Positions 63,638 through 64,000 of a DNA stretch of 64,000 nt are shown here, one piece after another (within the stretch, counting starts at the first letter, position 1; every line of letters starts with the position of its first letter). Source of the stretch: Macrostomum lignano (taxonomy: Eukaryota); contig NIVC01000201.1 of the NCBI GenBank assembly GCA_002269645.1, positions 620,001 to 684,000 of the forward strand, given 5' to 3'. Below the pieces are notes generated by a model. The model had not been told where the DNA came from and did not search any database. It saw only the letters and a program-made list of their open reading frames with translations. Position numbers and translations under genes: made by a program.

Positions 63638-64000
63638 GTGAGAGAGGGGAAGAGGCCCGTATCGATGACTACATATCGGTGTACACACATATCGGTAGAG
63701 TGTACACTCGGGGTGCCTGCGGCATGGGCGCCTGCTGCATGGGCGCCTGCGGCTCGGGAGGGTGCGCTTGGGATCTGATTGATTTGGGATCTGATTGATT
63801 TATTGGGATCTAATATCGGTAGGTGCGCCTGCGGCTGGGGAGGGTCGCCTGCGGCGCTTGGCGCCTGCGGCGCGCGCGCGCGCCGAGCGCCGATATCGAT
63901 ACGGGTATCGATCACCTAGTGATCGGGGCGCCAGCCAATGAGAGGCGCGGAGGGTTGACACCCACCTCACCTCCAAAATCGAGCCATTCGGAATCCCTTA

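Overview
This is eukaryotic (metazoan invertebrate) genomic DNA: GC-rich GT-AG exons, AT-rich spacers, and dense minisatellites and transposon debris. The repeat style recalls the flatworm Macrostomum, but that is only an inference. Host genes, all on the minus strand: a complete 13-exon secreted EGF/laminin-G gene with pikachurin-like domain order (23345-44034), a two-exon double C-type lectin (48790-50257), and two orphan single-exon ORFs (45267-45731, 54546-55076). Mobile elements: a near-intact LOA/R1-group LINE (1-5893) with a candidate HDV/CPEB3-like ribozyme core in its 5' UTR, an Ingi-like LINE (PHD-APE-RT-RNase H) inserted in an intronic minisatellite, and RTE, Penelope, Tc1, Merlin, MITE, HINE-like and tRNA-SINE remnants, several of them nested. 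The most unusual structure is a giant near-perfect palindrome (54655-63633) centred on a 75-nt branched hairpin. One arm lacks 1.9 kb between 7-bp microhomologies. The arms carry a non-coding hairpin/iteron module and a duplicated, truncated host gene, and a third copy of the module starts at the window end. Most long ORFs in the supplied track are artefacts of tandem repeats.
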